A stretch of 51,289 nucleotides of DNA from an uncultured Planctomycetota bacterium (GTDB lineage: Bacteria; Planctomycetota; J058): the NCBI GenBank assembly GCA_964569055.1, contig CAZMSZ010000005.1:1-51289 (forward strand), read 5' to 3'. The translations under genes were made by a program, and so were the position numbers. Of this stretch, positions 19,254-32,947 are shown piece by piece. Within the stretch, counting starts at the first letter, position 1. Every line of letters begins with the position of its first letter. The notes beneath the pieces are model-generated. The model did no database searches. It was given only the letters and a program-made list of their open reading frames with translations, and was not told where the DNA came from.

Positions 19254-19868
19254 TCAGCCGCGCGCCCGGCGGATCGCCGCGCGGTACTCGCGCACGGCGC
19301 GGGTCATGGGGCGCACGTCGACGAAGCGCAGCAGCAGCCCGAGGTCGATCCCCGCGAGCACCTCGCTGGCGGCGATCGCCTGGTAGACCTCGCCGCGCAG
19401 GGCGTGGAGCGTGATCGCGCCGTCGCGCCAGAACCAGACCTCGCGCACGCCGAGCTTGCGGTAGATCTCCAGCTTGTCGAGCCCGCCCGAGGTCACGATC
19501 ACCTCGATCGCGAGGTCGGGCCGCTCGGGGTCCTCGACGTCTCCCACGACGTAGCACTCGTCGGGCTCGGCGCCTCGCTCGGCCGCCTTGCTCTCGAGGG
19601 TCCACGACCCGTAGGGGGTGATGTCGCGCTCGGTCTCGAAGCACCAGGCCTCGACGAGGCAGCCGAGCATGGACTTGACGTAGTCGTGCCAGCGGGACGG
19701 GCTCATGAGCTGCAGGTCCCCCTCGAGATAGGCCAGGCGGGGCGTCGATCGCTCTCCCCGCAGCTCGAGCATGCGCTGGTAGTCGGCCCAGGTGGCACCG
19801 CTCAGGACGACGTAGGCGTCGACCTGCGCGCTCGGCGCGTCCTGGGCCGCGAGGACGTCTGGGGCCAT
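19254..19868 (-). CDS. Uma2-family (PD-(D/E)XK-like) putative endonuclease
   Basis: TWADY, RLAYLEGDLQLMSP..H, GAEPDECY, PDLAIEV, DKLEIYRKLGVREVW. Confidence 0.92.
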   Translation of the reverse strand: MAPDVLAAQDAPSAQVDAYVVLSGATWADYQRMLELRGERSTPRLAYLEGDLQLMSPSRWHDYVKSMLGCLVEAWCFETERDITPYGSWTLESKAAERGAEPDECYVVGDVEDPERPDLAIEVIVTSGGLDKLEIYRKLGVREVWFWRDGAITLHALRGEVYQAIAASEVLAGIDLGLLLRFVDVRPMTRAVREYRAAIRRARG

Positions 19869-19878
19869 GTCCTCCAAT

Positions 19879-19976
19879 GTAGCCCGGATATTGCGCGACT
19901 TCATCGCTCCATCACCGAGCTGACAGCGGCGAGGCGGCCGGCCTCGCACGACTTCGTCGTGCAAAATCCGGGCTAC
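19879..19976. repeat. Inverted pair of GTAG-type REP-like elements
   Basis: GTAGCCCGGATATTGCGCGAC at 19879 (+) and GTAGCCCGGATTTTGCACGACGAAGTCGTGCG from 19976 (-). Confidence 0.65.
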
Positions 19977-19985
19977 CGTAGGCGC

Positions 19986-21050
19986 TCAGCCCAGGAGCCG
20001 CCGCGCGCGCCGCCGCGCCACCCCCGCGCTGACGCGCGCCAGCTCGCGGGCCGCGCGGGCGGGCGAGTCGCACAGCAGCGTCAGGAACGTCAGCCGCCCG
20101 GCGGTGCGGAACGGGTCTCCCAGCGGACGACGGGTCGTGGCCACCAGCAGCCGCCGGGCGATCGCCTGGCGGGCGCCGCGCGCGTCCAGCCCGGGCAGCG
20201 CGGGGACGGGCGCGCCCAGCCGCCGGCGGACCTGCTCGAGCGCGCACGCGAGCGCCGCGCCGGTCCCGGCCGCGCGGGCCCGCGCGGCCAGCGTCGCGCC
20301 GTCGAGGCCCGGGTGGCGCGCGGCGAGCAGCGCGATGTCGACCAGCCAGGTGAGGCGCAAGAAGAGGTGGCTGGCCGCGTGCAGCGCGAGCAGGTGCAGC
20401 TCGTCCTCCGCGGCGAAGCGCAGGGCCGGCGCCCCGCCGCGCGTCACGGTGGGGGTCGCGCGGGCCAGGAGCGGCGCCGCCTCGAGCTCGGCCGCGAACC
20501 CGCTCAGCGGCCGGTGGTGCAGCTCGAGCAGCGGCGAGCGGGGACGGTCGAGCTGCACGTCGTGGTGCTCGCGCCGGTAGCGCGCCTCGTCGGTGCGGGC
20601 GCGGAGCCCGTAGCCGATCCCCTCCAGCGCGGCCACGGCGCGAGGGAGCTCGGTCGGCGCGACCAGGACGTCGAGGTCGCCGCTCGGGCGCAGCGCATGG
20701 GCCGGGTAGAGACGCTCGGCCAGGAACGGGCCCTTGTAGGGCGCCGCCCGGACCCCCGCCCTCGCCAGCGCCCCGAGCACCTCGTCGAGCGCCTCGGCCA
20801 GGCGCCGCGCGCGGAGCTCGCCGCCGGCCAGGGCGCGGGTCGCCTCGCGCGCCAGCGGCGGCGGGAGCGGGACGCGCGCCTCGAGCAGGGCGTGGAGCAG
20901 GAGCCGGCCCACCCCGGTGGCGCGCGCCGCGGCGAGCGGCGGCCCCCAGTCGCGCACGGCGGCCGCGCGCCGCGCCACGGCCTCGGGGCCCGCCAGCCAG
21001 GCGCCCACGAGCGCCTCGACCTGCGCAGCGGCGCTCGCGACGCCCCTCAC
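19986..21050 (-). CDS. Nucleotidyltransferase of the NTP_transf_5 type
   Basis: YKGPFLAERLYP..LRPSGDLDVLV, LELHHR, LHLLALHA..H..RLTWLVDI; GTGA overlap with the upstream gene. Confidence 0.85.
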   Translation of the reverse strand: MRGVASAAAQVEALVGAWLAGPEAVARRAAAVRDWGPPLAAARATGVGRLLLHALLEARVPLPPPLAREATRALAGGELRARRLAEALDEVLGALARAGVRAAPYKGPFLAERLYPAHALRPSGDLDVLVAPTELPRAVAALEGIGYGLRARTDEARYRREHHDVQLDRPRSPLLELHHRPLSGFAAELEAAPLLARATPTVTRGGAPALRFAAEDELHLLALHAASHLFLRLTWLVDIALLAARHPGLDGATLAARARAAGTGAALACALEQVRRRLGAPVPALPGLDARGARQAIARRLLVATTRRPLGDPFRTAGRLTFLTLLCDSPARAARELARVSAGVARRRARRLLG

Positions 21051-21922
21051 GCCGCGCAGGCCTGCTCGAGCAGCGGCAGCACCGGCTCCCCGAGCGCCCA
21101 GCGCAGCTCGACGCAGGGGACAGCCCGCACCACGCGCTCGAGCTCGGCGAGCACGCGCTCCAGCCCGGGGCGGTCCCACAGCGGGGGGAAGGCGTGGAAG
21201 CACAGCCGGCGGAACGCCTCGCCGGCGCGCAGCGGACGCAGGCCGAAGGGCGGGGCGTGCGGCCCGAGGAACGCCAGCCCCGCGAGCGGGGCCGCGCCGG
21301 GGCGCGCGCGCGCCGCCGTCCCGCGCCAGGGCGTGCCCCACACCGCAGGCCGCCCGTGGGGATCCGGCGCCAGGGCGGGCCGCTCGTCGGAGAGCGCCAG
21401 CTCGGGCGGGAGGGCCGCGGCCAACGTCGACTTGCCCCGCCCCGAGCTCCCCGGGAGGAGGAGGCCCCGCCCGCCGAGGTCGAGCCCGCAGGCGTGCACG
21501 AGCGCGCCGCCGCGCAGGCGCGCCAGCCGCGTCTGGAAGGCGAGCTCCAGCAGCGGCCGCGCCGCGTCGAGCGCGGCGCCGCCGGCGGGCAGCCGCTCGT
21601 GGAGCAGGAGGCAGCGGCTCCAGTCGCGCGCCACCTCGGCCTCCAGGCGCACGGCGCCCTCGCCGCGGCCGGGCGCCCAGCGCAGCGCGAGCGCGCCCGG
21701 GTCGTCCTCGTGTTCGCGCAGCTCCCAGGTCGTCCCGGCCGCGAACCGGCGCGCCCCGGCGCGCGGCCAGGGGCGCTCGTCGCCGGCGGCGGCCGAGACC
21801 ACGACCAGGTCGGCCGCCTCCTCCTCGGGCGCGGCGAACCGCGCGAGGGGCGGGTCGGGCTCGCCGTCGGCGCGCAGCTCGATCCCCAGCCCCGCGATCC
21901 GCAGCCGCAGCGGCCCGCTCAC
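21047..21922 (-). CDS. HPr-kinase-related P-loop protein (ScmC/PadeK-like)
   Basis: LVHACG....GLLLPGSSGRGKSTLA...LSDERPAL...WGTPW; GTG 21922 overlaps the Wzc stop. Confidence 0.82.
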   Translation of the reverse strand: MSGPLRLRIAGLGIELRADGEPDPPLARFAAPEEEAADLVVVSAAAGDERPWPRAGARRFAAGTTWELREHEDDPGALALRWAPGRGEGAVRLEAEVARDWSRCLLLHERLPAGGAALDAARPLLELAFQTRLARLRGGALVHACGLDLGGRGLLLPGSSGRGKSTLAAALPPELALSDERPALAPDPHGRPAVWGTPWRGTAARARPGAAPLAGLAFLGPHAPPFGLRPLRAGEAFRRLCFHAFPPLWDRPGLERVLAELERVVRAVPCVELRWALGEPVLPLLEQACAA

Positions 21923-23880
21923 CTGCGGCGCGCGTAGTACTGGTAGTAGGAGCGCCGGGTCGTGAGGCCGCGCACGTCGTTCGCCACCACCCCGAGCACG
22001 TTGGCCTTGGAGGTGCGCAGCGTGCGCAGCGTGCGGACCAGCGCGCGCTGCGGCGTGGTGGCCAGCGCGTACAGCAGCACCACCGCGTCGGCGCGCCGGG
22101 CCACGAACGAGGCGTCCGCCACGGCCGTGAGCGCGGGCGAGTCGCAGATCACGACCGAGAACACCTCGCGCATCTCCCCCAGGACCTCGGCCAGGCGCAC
22201 GGTGGCGAGGAGCGCGCTCGAGTCGTCGACCGGCTTGCCGGCGGGCAGGACGTGCAGCCCGTCGATGTCGGGGATCTGGATCGCCCGCCGCCAGCTCGCC
22301 TGCTCGCGCACGACCTCGGTCACCCCCGGCGCGCGCCCGACCCCGAGCATCTCGTGGACCCGCGGGCGGCGCAGGTCGAGGTCGACCAGGAGCGTCGGCA
22401 CGCCCATCTCGGCGTAGACGCGGGCGAGGTTGACCGCCACCAGCGACTTGCCCTCGCCGGGCTCGGCGCCCGCGACCAGGATCATGCGGCGCGCGGGGTA
22501 GTCGAGCGCCGCCTCGATGTTGGTGCGCAACAGGCGCAGCTCGTCGGACGCGGCGCTGCCCGGCGAGATCAGCCCGGCCGGGTCGGTCTGGGTCGGGTCG
22601 AGCTTGGGGAGCACCGCCAGCGCCGGGAGCCCCGAGGCGAGCTCGAGGTCGTCGACCGTGTGAGCGGTGACGACCACCGACTCGAGCACGATCGGGCTCG
22701 CGAGCGCCAGCCCGAGCGCGGTGAGGAGCGCGAGCTTCCAGGCGCCCGACAGCGGCGCCTCGGCGCTCACCGTCGGCTCCTGCAGCGTCTCCAGGTCGCT
22801 CGAGGTGTCCTGGATCGAGAGCTCGATCTGGCTCAGCCGCCGCCGCAGCCCCTCGTAGGTCTCCTGCACCAGGCGCAGCTCGCGCTGCACCTGCTCGGGG
22901 TCGGACCCGGCGCGCAGCTGGCCGGCGAAGCGCTCGCTGACCTGCGCGCGGAGCCGCTCGACCTCCGCGTCGAGCTCCTCGGCCCGCCGCGCGTCGTCCA
23001 GCGCGTCCTGCCGCAGGCCGGCCCACTGGGCGTCGGCCCCGGCCAGCCAGCGCGCGAGGTCGTCGGGGGCCTGGGCGGCCGCGATCGACGTCAGCGCGGC
23101 GATCGCCGCCTCCGCCGCCCCGACCTTGGGGTGGTCGGGGGTGTACTTCGCCAGCAGCACGTCCCGCGTGTGCCGGCGGCGCCGCCCCTCGACCTCGAGC
23201 TGCTCGCCCGCCTCGGTCACGCGCTCGAGGGCGCGCTCGCGCACGCGCTCCAGCGGGCGCGCCGCCTCGTACGCCTCGAGCACCTGCTGCAGCTGGGTCA
23301 GCTCGCGCTGCTGCAGCGCGATCTGCTCCTCGACGTACTTCTGCAGCTCGGTGTCCTTGCCGCGCTTGGAGCGCACGTCCTGCGCGTTGTACTCGACGAG
23401 CAGCGCCTCGGCGTACGCCGCCACGCTCTCGCGGTCGGGGCCGCGGACCTCGACCACGATGATGTCGGTGTTGGACCGGTTGCTGACCTCCACCCCGAAC
23501 GGGAACGGCACCCCGCGCAGCTCCTCGGCCGAGCGCGCGGAGTACTCCGGCAGGCGTCGCAGCGCGCCGCGGCGGACGACGTCGCTGCCGAGGATCTCGA
23601 GCTGCGTCTCGATCGTGCTCCGCATGCGCAGCGAGGGCAGGTCGCGCCCCACGAGCTGGCTCAGGCCCGCGAGCACGCCGGTGCCCGCCCGGTAGCGCAC
23701 CTCGAACCGACCGACGTAGGTGGTCTGCGCGGTGCTCGCCCACAGGCCGAGCGCGAGGTAGACCAACAGCCCGCCCGCGGCGCCGATCAGCAGCGCGAAG
23801 CGCGCGTAGCGCCGCCAGATCAGGAACCAGCCGGCGGCGAGGTCCGCCTCGCCGCGCGCGGGTCCGGCGTCACGGGCCAC
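21919..23880 (-). CDS. wzc: Wzc-type polysaccharide co-polymerase / BY tyrosine kinase
   Basis: Two TM segments flanking a coiled-coil region with YTPDHPKV; LRTNI, GAEPGEGKS, LLVDLDLRRP, VICDSP, C-terminal Tyr cluster SYYQYY. Confidence 0.9.
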   Translation of the reverse strand: MARDAGPARGEADLAAGWFLIWRRYARFALLIGAAGGLLVYLALGLWASTAQTTYVGRFEVRYRAGTGVLAGLSQLVGRDLPSLRMRSTIETQLEILGSDVVRRGALRRLPEYSARSAEELRGVPFPFGVEVSNRSNTDIIVVEVRGPDRESVAAYAEALLVEYNAQDVRSKRGKDTELQKYVEEQIALQQRELTQLQQVLEAYEAARPLERVRERALERVTEAGEQLEVEGRRRRHTRDVLLAKYTPDHPKVGAAEAAIAALTSIAAAQAPDDLARWLAGADAQWAGLRQDALDDARRAEELDAEVERLRAQVSERFAGQLRAGSDPEQVQRELRLVQETYEGLRRRLSQIELSIQDTSSDLETLQEPTVSAEAPLSGAWKLALLTALGLALASPIVLESVVVTAHTVDDLELASGLPALAVLPKLDPTQTDPAGLISPGSAASDELRLLRTNIEAALDYPARRMILVAGAEPGEGKSLVAVNLARVYAEMGVPTLLVDLDLRRPRVHEMLGVGRAPGVTEVVREQASWRRAIQIPDIDGLHVLPAGKPVDDSSALLATVRLAEVLGEMREVFSVVICDSPALTAVADASFVARRADAVVLLYALATTPQRALVRTLRTLRTSKANVLGVVANDVRGLTTRRSYYQYYARRR

Positions 23881-25180
23881 GCGGCACCTCCCGAGACTCG
23901 GTCGCCGTGGCGAGGTCCACCAGCCAGCGACCGTCCGGCTGGCGCAGGCAGCGCGCGCTGCAGCCGAACACCCGCCCGACCACGTCGCTCGTCCCCTTGG
24001 GCTGCGCGAGCGCCGTCACCACCGCGTTCCCGTAGGCCACGTCGCCGTCCACCTTGACCTCGACGTCGGTCACCAGCAGGCGGAGGTGCATCGCCTCGCG
24101 CACCTTGTCGCGCTCGAGCAGCACCGCGCGGTCGCCGAGCTCGCGCGAGACCTCGCTCGCGATCCCCGCCTCGACGGCCATGGGGCTCCACAGGACCGCG
24201 CGGAACGACGGCGTGCAGTAGGCGAGGGCGGCCTCGACGTTCCCCTGGTCGAGGAGGGCCAGCCCCGCGCGCAGCAGGTCGGTCACCACCTCCGCATCGC
24301 CGCGCCGATCGGCGGGCGCCGGCGCGGCGGTGACCTCCACCGCCTCGAGCCGGGGAGGCGCATCGGCGTCCGGTGAGGTCGGATCGGCGCCCTCGGAGTC
24401 GACCGCGGGTCGCTCGGTGACCTGCGGGGCCGACGGGCTCAACCGACCGACCCGCTCGTCGACCTCCATCATCTCGCCGAGCAGCCGCGCGCGCTCCTCG
24501 GCGCTCAAGGGCCGCAGGCGCCCCTCGCCTCCCGACTCCACGCCGGTCCCGGCGGTGGCGGTCACTCGACGAGCGGGGTCGCTCGTGTCGATCACGTCGA
24601 CCACGCCCGAGAGGACCGTCACGCTGGTCTGGTCGTCGTCGGCCGAGACGCTCAGCACCGTGCCGCGCACGCGGGCGCGCGAGTGCGGCGTGACGACCTC
24701 GAACCGCGACCCCGGCGGCAGCCGATCGAGGGAGGCGAGCACGCGGCCGCGGCGCAGCTCGAGCTCGATCGCCCGCGCCGCCCCGCGCCGCTCGAGCAGG
24801 CGCCACACGGCCTCCGACCCGGGCATGAACCGGACGCCCGTCCCCCAGGTGAGGAGCACGTCGCAGGTCGAGTCCGCCGCGACGCGGAGGCGGTCGCCTT
24901 CGCGGAACGCATCGGACCAGCGGAGCGGTCGCCAGTCGGGCGCGCCGAGCGGCCGATACTCGACCGCGCCGCGGAAGTCGGCCACCAGCGGGCGGAGCTC
25001 GCGCCGCGGGCGCGCGGCGTCCGCCGGCGGCTCCTCCACCCGGCCGAGCAAGCCCACCGACCAGGTCAGGCCGAGCAGCACCAGCAGGCACACCACGGCG
25101 AGGAGCAGGCCCAGCTCGAGCCGGCGCACGAACCGGCGGGCGCCGGGCGGGAGCGTCGCGGGCGGCGAGGAGGCTGGCAC
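23870..25180 (-). CDS. Membrane-anchored FecR-like domain protein with C-terminal NTF2/SnoaL-like domain
   Basis: N-terminal TM; GDRLRV, LRRGRV, FEVVTPHSRARVRGT, TSVTVLSGVVDV; C-terminal DVEVKVDGDVAY...DGRWLV. Confidence 0.75.
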   Translation of the reverse strand: MPASSPPATLPPGARRFVRRLELGLLLAVVCLLVLLGLTWSVGLLGRVEEPPADAARPRRELRPLVADFRGAVEYRPLGAPDWRPLRWSDAFREGDRLRVAADSTCDVLLTWGTGVRFMPGSEAVWRLLERRGAARAIELELRRGRVLASLDRLPPGSRFEVVTPHSRARVRGTVLSVSADDDQTSVTVLSGVVDVIDTSDPARRVTATAGTGVESGGEGRLRPLSAEERARLLGEMMEVDERVGRLSPSAPQVTERPAVDSEGADPTSPDADAPPRLEAVEVTAAPAPADRRGDAEVVTDLLRAGLALLDQGNVEAALAYCTPSFRAVLWSPMAVEAGIASEVSRELGDRAVLLERDKVREAMHLRLLVTDVEVKVDGDVAYGNAVVTALAQPKGTSDVVGRVFGCSARCLRQPDGRWLVDLATATESREVPRGP

Positions 25181-25183
25181 GCG

Positions 25184-26607
25184 CTACCTCCTGACGCCGG
25201 CGCTGATGATCTGGCCCGCGACGTTACCCGGCCCGCTGAGCGGGCCCAGGATCCGTCCGAGCACGTCGAGGACGTCGGAGAGCGCCGTCTCCGGCACGTA
25301 CACCACGTCGCCGTCGTGCAGCTCGACGTCGAGGTAGGCCTGCCCCTCGAACAACAGCGCCTCGAGGTCGACGCCCGTGACCTCGGGGGCGTGCGGCCAG
25401 CGACGCACGAGCTTGGCCTCGTCGAGCACCGCGCCGAACTGCTTGGGCTGCGCCTGCGCGACGGCGGCCGCCAGGCTCACCCGGCCGGAGTGGCGCTGCA
25501 GGCCGGGGTTCTCGACCATGCCGAACACGAACACCCGGACCGGCTTCCCCGCCGGGACGTGGATCGTGTCCCCCGCCCGCAGCGGCTCGGGCTCCAGCCG
25601 GTCGCTCGCGGAGAAGCCGAGCTCGCCGAACACCGCCGGGTTGAGGTCGAGCACCTCGGTCCGCGCGCCCCAGCCGCGGGTGATCGTCACGCGCCCGAGG
25701 TCGGCCTTCTCCGTCAGCCCGCCGGCCCGGGCGAGCGCGTCCATGACGGGCAGCCCGCCGACGGGCGGCAGCGTGAGCGGGCCGGGCCGCGCGACCTCGC
25801 CGTACACCGCCGCCTGATCGGGGAGGTGCACCACCACGAGGTCGTCGGGCTGAAGCGTGATGTTCCAGCGCGGGTCGCGCGGGATCAACAGGTGACGGGC
25901 CCACACCATGAGCGAGCGCCCGCTGCGCACCACGGTCAGGCGGCCGCTGAGGTGCGCCGGGTCGCTGCCGTAGCCGGCCTCGCCGAGCGCGTCGAGGAGC
26001 GTGCGCTGGCCGGTGAGCTGGAGCCGGCCCGGCTTGTTCACGGGGCCGATCACGACCACCTCGTCGACCGGGGTCGGCCGCGCCTGCTCGAGCGCGAGCT
26101 GCGGGGAGGCGTTGCGGATCAGCGCCCCGAAGCGCGCCACCAGCTCGGCGCGGACCTCCTCGAGCGTGCGCCCCTCGACCTCGACCGCCCCCACGAGGTC
26201 GAGCGTGATCGTGCCGTCGGGCGCGACGGTCAGCTTGCGGTCGTGCGCGGGCTCCTCGGGCAGGCGGAGCTGCAGCACGTCGCCGGGGCCCAGCGTGTAG
26301 CGCGTGGCGGCGTCCTCCTCGTCGGGCGGGAGGGGTGGCGGGACCGACGGCCCGCCCAGGGAGGCCGGCGCCCCGCGCGCGCCGAACCAGAACTCGACGT
26401 CGGCCCGGGAGAGCCTCGTCTCGTCGCCTGGCTCGGGGGCGGGCTTCGCCGGGCGGGGCTGCGGCGGGGGCGGCGGGTCCGGCCGGTCGGGCGCCCGCTC
26501 GGGCGCTCGTTCCGGCGCCCGCTCCGGCGCCCCGTCCGGCGTCGGCTCCGCCGCGCAGGCCGCGAGCAAGCCGCCCGCCAGGAACACCCAGCGCGTGCTC
26601 GACCGCC

Positions 26608-26611
<4 letters not shown>
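25184..26611 (-). CDS. wza: Wza-type polysaccharide export lipoprotein (Poly_export plus SLBB repeats)
   Basis: Lipobox LLAA-C; YTLGPGDVL, VAPDGTITLDLVGAVEVEGRTLEEV, repeated V.GxVxxPG...DALAxAGG, LHDGDVVYVP. Confidence 0.9.
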
Positions 26612-30528
<3,917 letters not shown>

Positions 30529-30529
30529 G

Positions 30530-31150
30530 CTAGCCTTCCACGGCAGGGCGTGGCGCGCGCACCGTCGCATCGGCGAGGGCGACGAGCGTGCCCCCCGAGC
30601 TCGGCGGGTGGGCGGCGCCGTTGGGTCCCTGGGTCGACGTGTCGCCGGGCAGGAGCGTGGCCGCGCTCTCGAGCTGCTCGCGCGTCGTGGTGCCGCCGAT
30701 CAAGGTCGGCGCCGCCCCGGGGCCGCGCGGGGCGATCAGCGTCCCGCCGTCCGTCGCGTCGACCCCCGCCATCAGCGTGCGATCGTCGGGCCCGGCCGGG
30801 AGCACCTCGCGAGCCTGCGTGGGCGAGCCCCCTTCCACGAGCCGCTCGAGCACCCCCGCCAGACGATCGACCAGCGCCTCGAGCTCGGCCGCGCTCCCCG
30901 GCTCGGGCTGGCGCGGCACGGGGGCTGGGCGGGGCGGAGCGAGGCGGTCCGCCTCGGCCCGCACGGCGTCGAACACCAGCTCGAGCGCCTGCTCGACCTC
31001 GGCCTCGGTGAGGTGCCCCTCGGCGACGAGCCACTCCGCCAGCTGCGGGCGCTCCCGCACGCCCGGCGGCGGCTCGGGGGGCGACAGCGCGAGCCCGTGG
31101 CGCTCGGCCACGAGCTCGAGGAGCAACCGTTCCGTCCGCGTGAGGCTCAT
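30530..31150 (-). CDS. Hypothetical protein homologous to the N-terminal domain of the adjacent kinase, with Thr-motif tail
   Basis: LTRTE...LVAEGHLTEAEVEQALELVFDAVRAEADR matches the kinase N-terminus; start 31150 or 31174. Confidence 0.7.
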   Translation of the reverse strand: MSLTRTERLLLELVAERHGLALSPPEPPPGVRERPQLAEWLVAEGHLTEAEVEQALELVFDAVRAEADRLAPPRPAPVPRQPEPGSAAELEALVDRLAGVLERLVEGGSPTQAREVLPAGPDDRTLMAGVDATDGGTLIAPRGPGAAPTLIGGTTTREQLESAATLLPGDTSTQGPNGAAHPPSSGGTLVALADATVRAPRPAVEG

Positions 31151-31236
31151 CCCCCCCCGAAACTCCAGCGCCATGGTAATCGCGCATCCCGCCCGGTTCC
31201 AGGAAGCTCCACGACGGAGCGGCTAGCATGGGAGCC

Positions 31237-32487
31237 ATGGAGCTGACCCCCGAGGGGCTGGTCGCCGATCTGCCGACCGTCTCGTTCGGCGAGTTCTCCG
31301 CGGCGCTGCACCGCGACGCGGCGAGCGCCCGCGTGCCGATCGGGGCCATGCTCGAGCTCACCTACCGCTGCAACTTCGACTGCGTCCACTGCTACGTGGT
31401 GGAGCATCGCCCGCAGGGCGAGCTGAGCGCCGCCGAGCTGCGGCGCGTCCTGGAGGAGCTGCGCGCCGCCGGGACGCTGTTCCTCACGATCACCGGCGGC
31501 GAGCCGCTCACGCGTCCCGACTTCGCCGAGGTGTGGCGCGCCGCCGCCGAGCAGGGCTTCCTGCTCACGCTGTTCACCAACGGGGGCCTGATCGACGAGG
31601 CGACGCTGGCCCTGTTCGCCGAGCACCCCCCCCACAAGGTCGAGGTCACGCTGTACGGCGCGTCGGAGGCGACCTACCGCGCGGTGACGCGGCGCGGCGC
31701 CATGCGGGCCCGGGTGCTCGCCAACGTCGACCGCCTGCGCGCGCTCGGCGTGGCGGTCTACCTCAAGGCGGTCGGCCTGCGCGAGAACGCCGGCGAGATC
31801 GCGGCGCTGCGGGCCGAGGCCGAGGCCCGCGGTGTGGGCGGCTTCTTTCGGTTCGACAACGAGATCACCGTGCGCACCGACTGCAGGCGCGGGCCGGCGG
31901 ACCACCGCCCGAGCGTGGCCGCCGCGCTGGCGCAGGACCGCGAGGACCCGCGCCGGATCGCCGAGCTGCGCCGCCTGTACCTGAAGACGCGCGGGCGCCG
32001 CGACCTGCGTGACCGCCGCCTGTTCCGCTGCGGCGCGGGGCGCACCTCGCTCGTGATCGACCCGCGCGGGCGCCTGCAGACGTGCGCGCTCCATCGCGAC
32101 GAGCCGTTCGACCTGCGCCGCGGGACCGTCGCCGAGGGGTGGCGGCACCTGCAGCAGGTCGCGGCGCGCGAGATCACGCGCCCCACGCGCTGCCGCAGCT
32201 GCGACAAGGTCGCGCTGTGCGGGGCCTGCCCCGGCAACAACGCGCTGGAGAGCGGCGGGGACCGCGAGGCTCCGCCCGACTTCCTGTGCGAGCTGACCTA
32301 CGCGCGGGTCGAGGCGTTCCTCGCCGACCTCCGCCCCCGCGCCGTCGCTCCGCTCGGTCGGCGCCTGCCGCTCCACCTGGCGCGGACGTGCCCGCGCCCG
32401 TGGCTCGCGGTCCGCGAGCCGCTCGGTGAGCTGATCTGGCCGGAGCCCCGCGGGCGCCCGCCGCGGCGGCGGCTCCCCACGGTGTGA
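31237..32487 (+). CDS. Radical SAM/SPASM-domain protein (peptide maturase type)
   Basis: ELTYRCNFDCVHCY, TGGEPL, FTNG; SPASM CGAG...IDPRGRLQTC and CRSC-x5-CGAC...FLC. Start 31228 or 31237. Confidence 0.93.
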   Translation: MELTPEGLVADLPTVSFGEFSAALHRDAASARVPIGAMLELTYRCNFDCVHCYVVEHRPQGELSAAELRRVLEELRAAGTLFLTITGGEPLTRPDFAEVWRAAAEQGFLLTLFTNGGLIDEATLALFAEHPPHKVEVTLYGASEATYRAVTRRGAMRARVLANVDRLRALGVAVYLKAVGLRENAGEIAALRAEAEARGVGGFFRFDNEITVRTDCRRGPADHRPSVAAALAQDREDPRRIAELRRLYLKTRGRRDLRDRRLFRCGAGRTSLVIDPRGRLQTCALHRDEPFDLRRGTVAEGWRHLQQVAAREITRPTRCRSCDKVALCGACPGNNALESGGDREAPPDFLCELTYARVEAFLADLRPRAVAPLGRRLPLHLARTCPRPWLAVREPLGELIWPEPRGRPPRRRLPTV

Positions 32488-32623
32488 GGCGACGTCGGTC
32501 GAGGCACGACGCACGCGGCCACCTCCCTCGCGGTGGACGCGGGCCGGGCGGCGCTGTTCAGCCTCCGCGCCGCGCCGGCGCGTCGGAGCGAGGCGCGGAT
32601 CGGAGCGTTCGGCGGCGGCCGCG

Positions 32624-32788
32624 CTACGAGGTGTCGGCGGTCTGGCACGGGTCGGCGCCAGACTCGCACGGGTTCTCCGTCGGGCCGCCCGTGGCGGCGC
32701 TCTTGCACCCGGTGGAGAGGTTGTCGCCGGGCAGCCGCCGCTGCACCTGCACCAGCTGAGGGGGGACGTAGGGACGGCGCTCGCTCAC
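32624..32788 (-). CDS. Putative RiPP precursor, 54 aa, with YxxPxL leader and three Cys
   Basis: MSERRPYVPPQLVQVQRRLPGDNLSTGCKSAATGGPTENPCESGADPCQTADTS; GTG after purine-rich gagagag; lies between the rSAM and PqqD genes. Confidence 0.8.
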   Translation of the reverse strand: MSERRPYVPPQLVQVQRRLPGDNLSTGCKSAATGGPTENPCESGADPCQTADTS

Positions 32789-32947
32789 GTCTCTCTCGAT
32801 ACTCGCGTCAGCCCCGCGCGTCAAGGAGGAGCCCTGCGCCTCGAACGAAGCCGAACGGCGCCGGGCCAGGGCGAGCAGGCCGTCACGCAACACGACAGCC
32901 TCCCGAGCGCGGAGCGCCGCCCGGGCCCGTGTTATGGTCTCGCCGCC

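Noticed and set aside
19254-19868. Uma2 gene as a mobile element or restriction system
   Set aside because: No methylase, transposase or target-site duplication; Uma2 genes are commonly scattered singletons.
31151-31158. C8 homopolymer as a phase-variation tract
   Set aside because: Short for such GC-rich DNA and probably just the ribosome-binding region of ATG 31150; no evidence of slippage.
32624-32788. Lasso peptide assignment for the YxxPxL precursor
   Set aside because: No asparagine-synthetase-like cyclase or B2 peptidase in the window, and with Cys28 as residue 1 the first acidic residue is at position 11, outside the usual 7-9.
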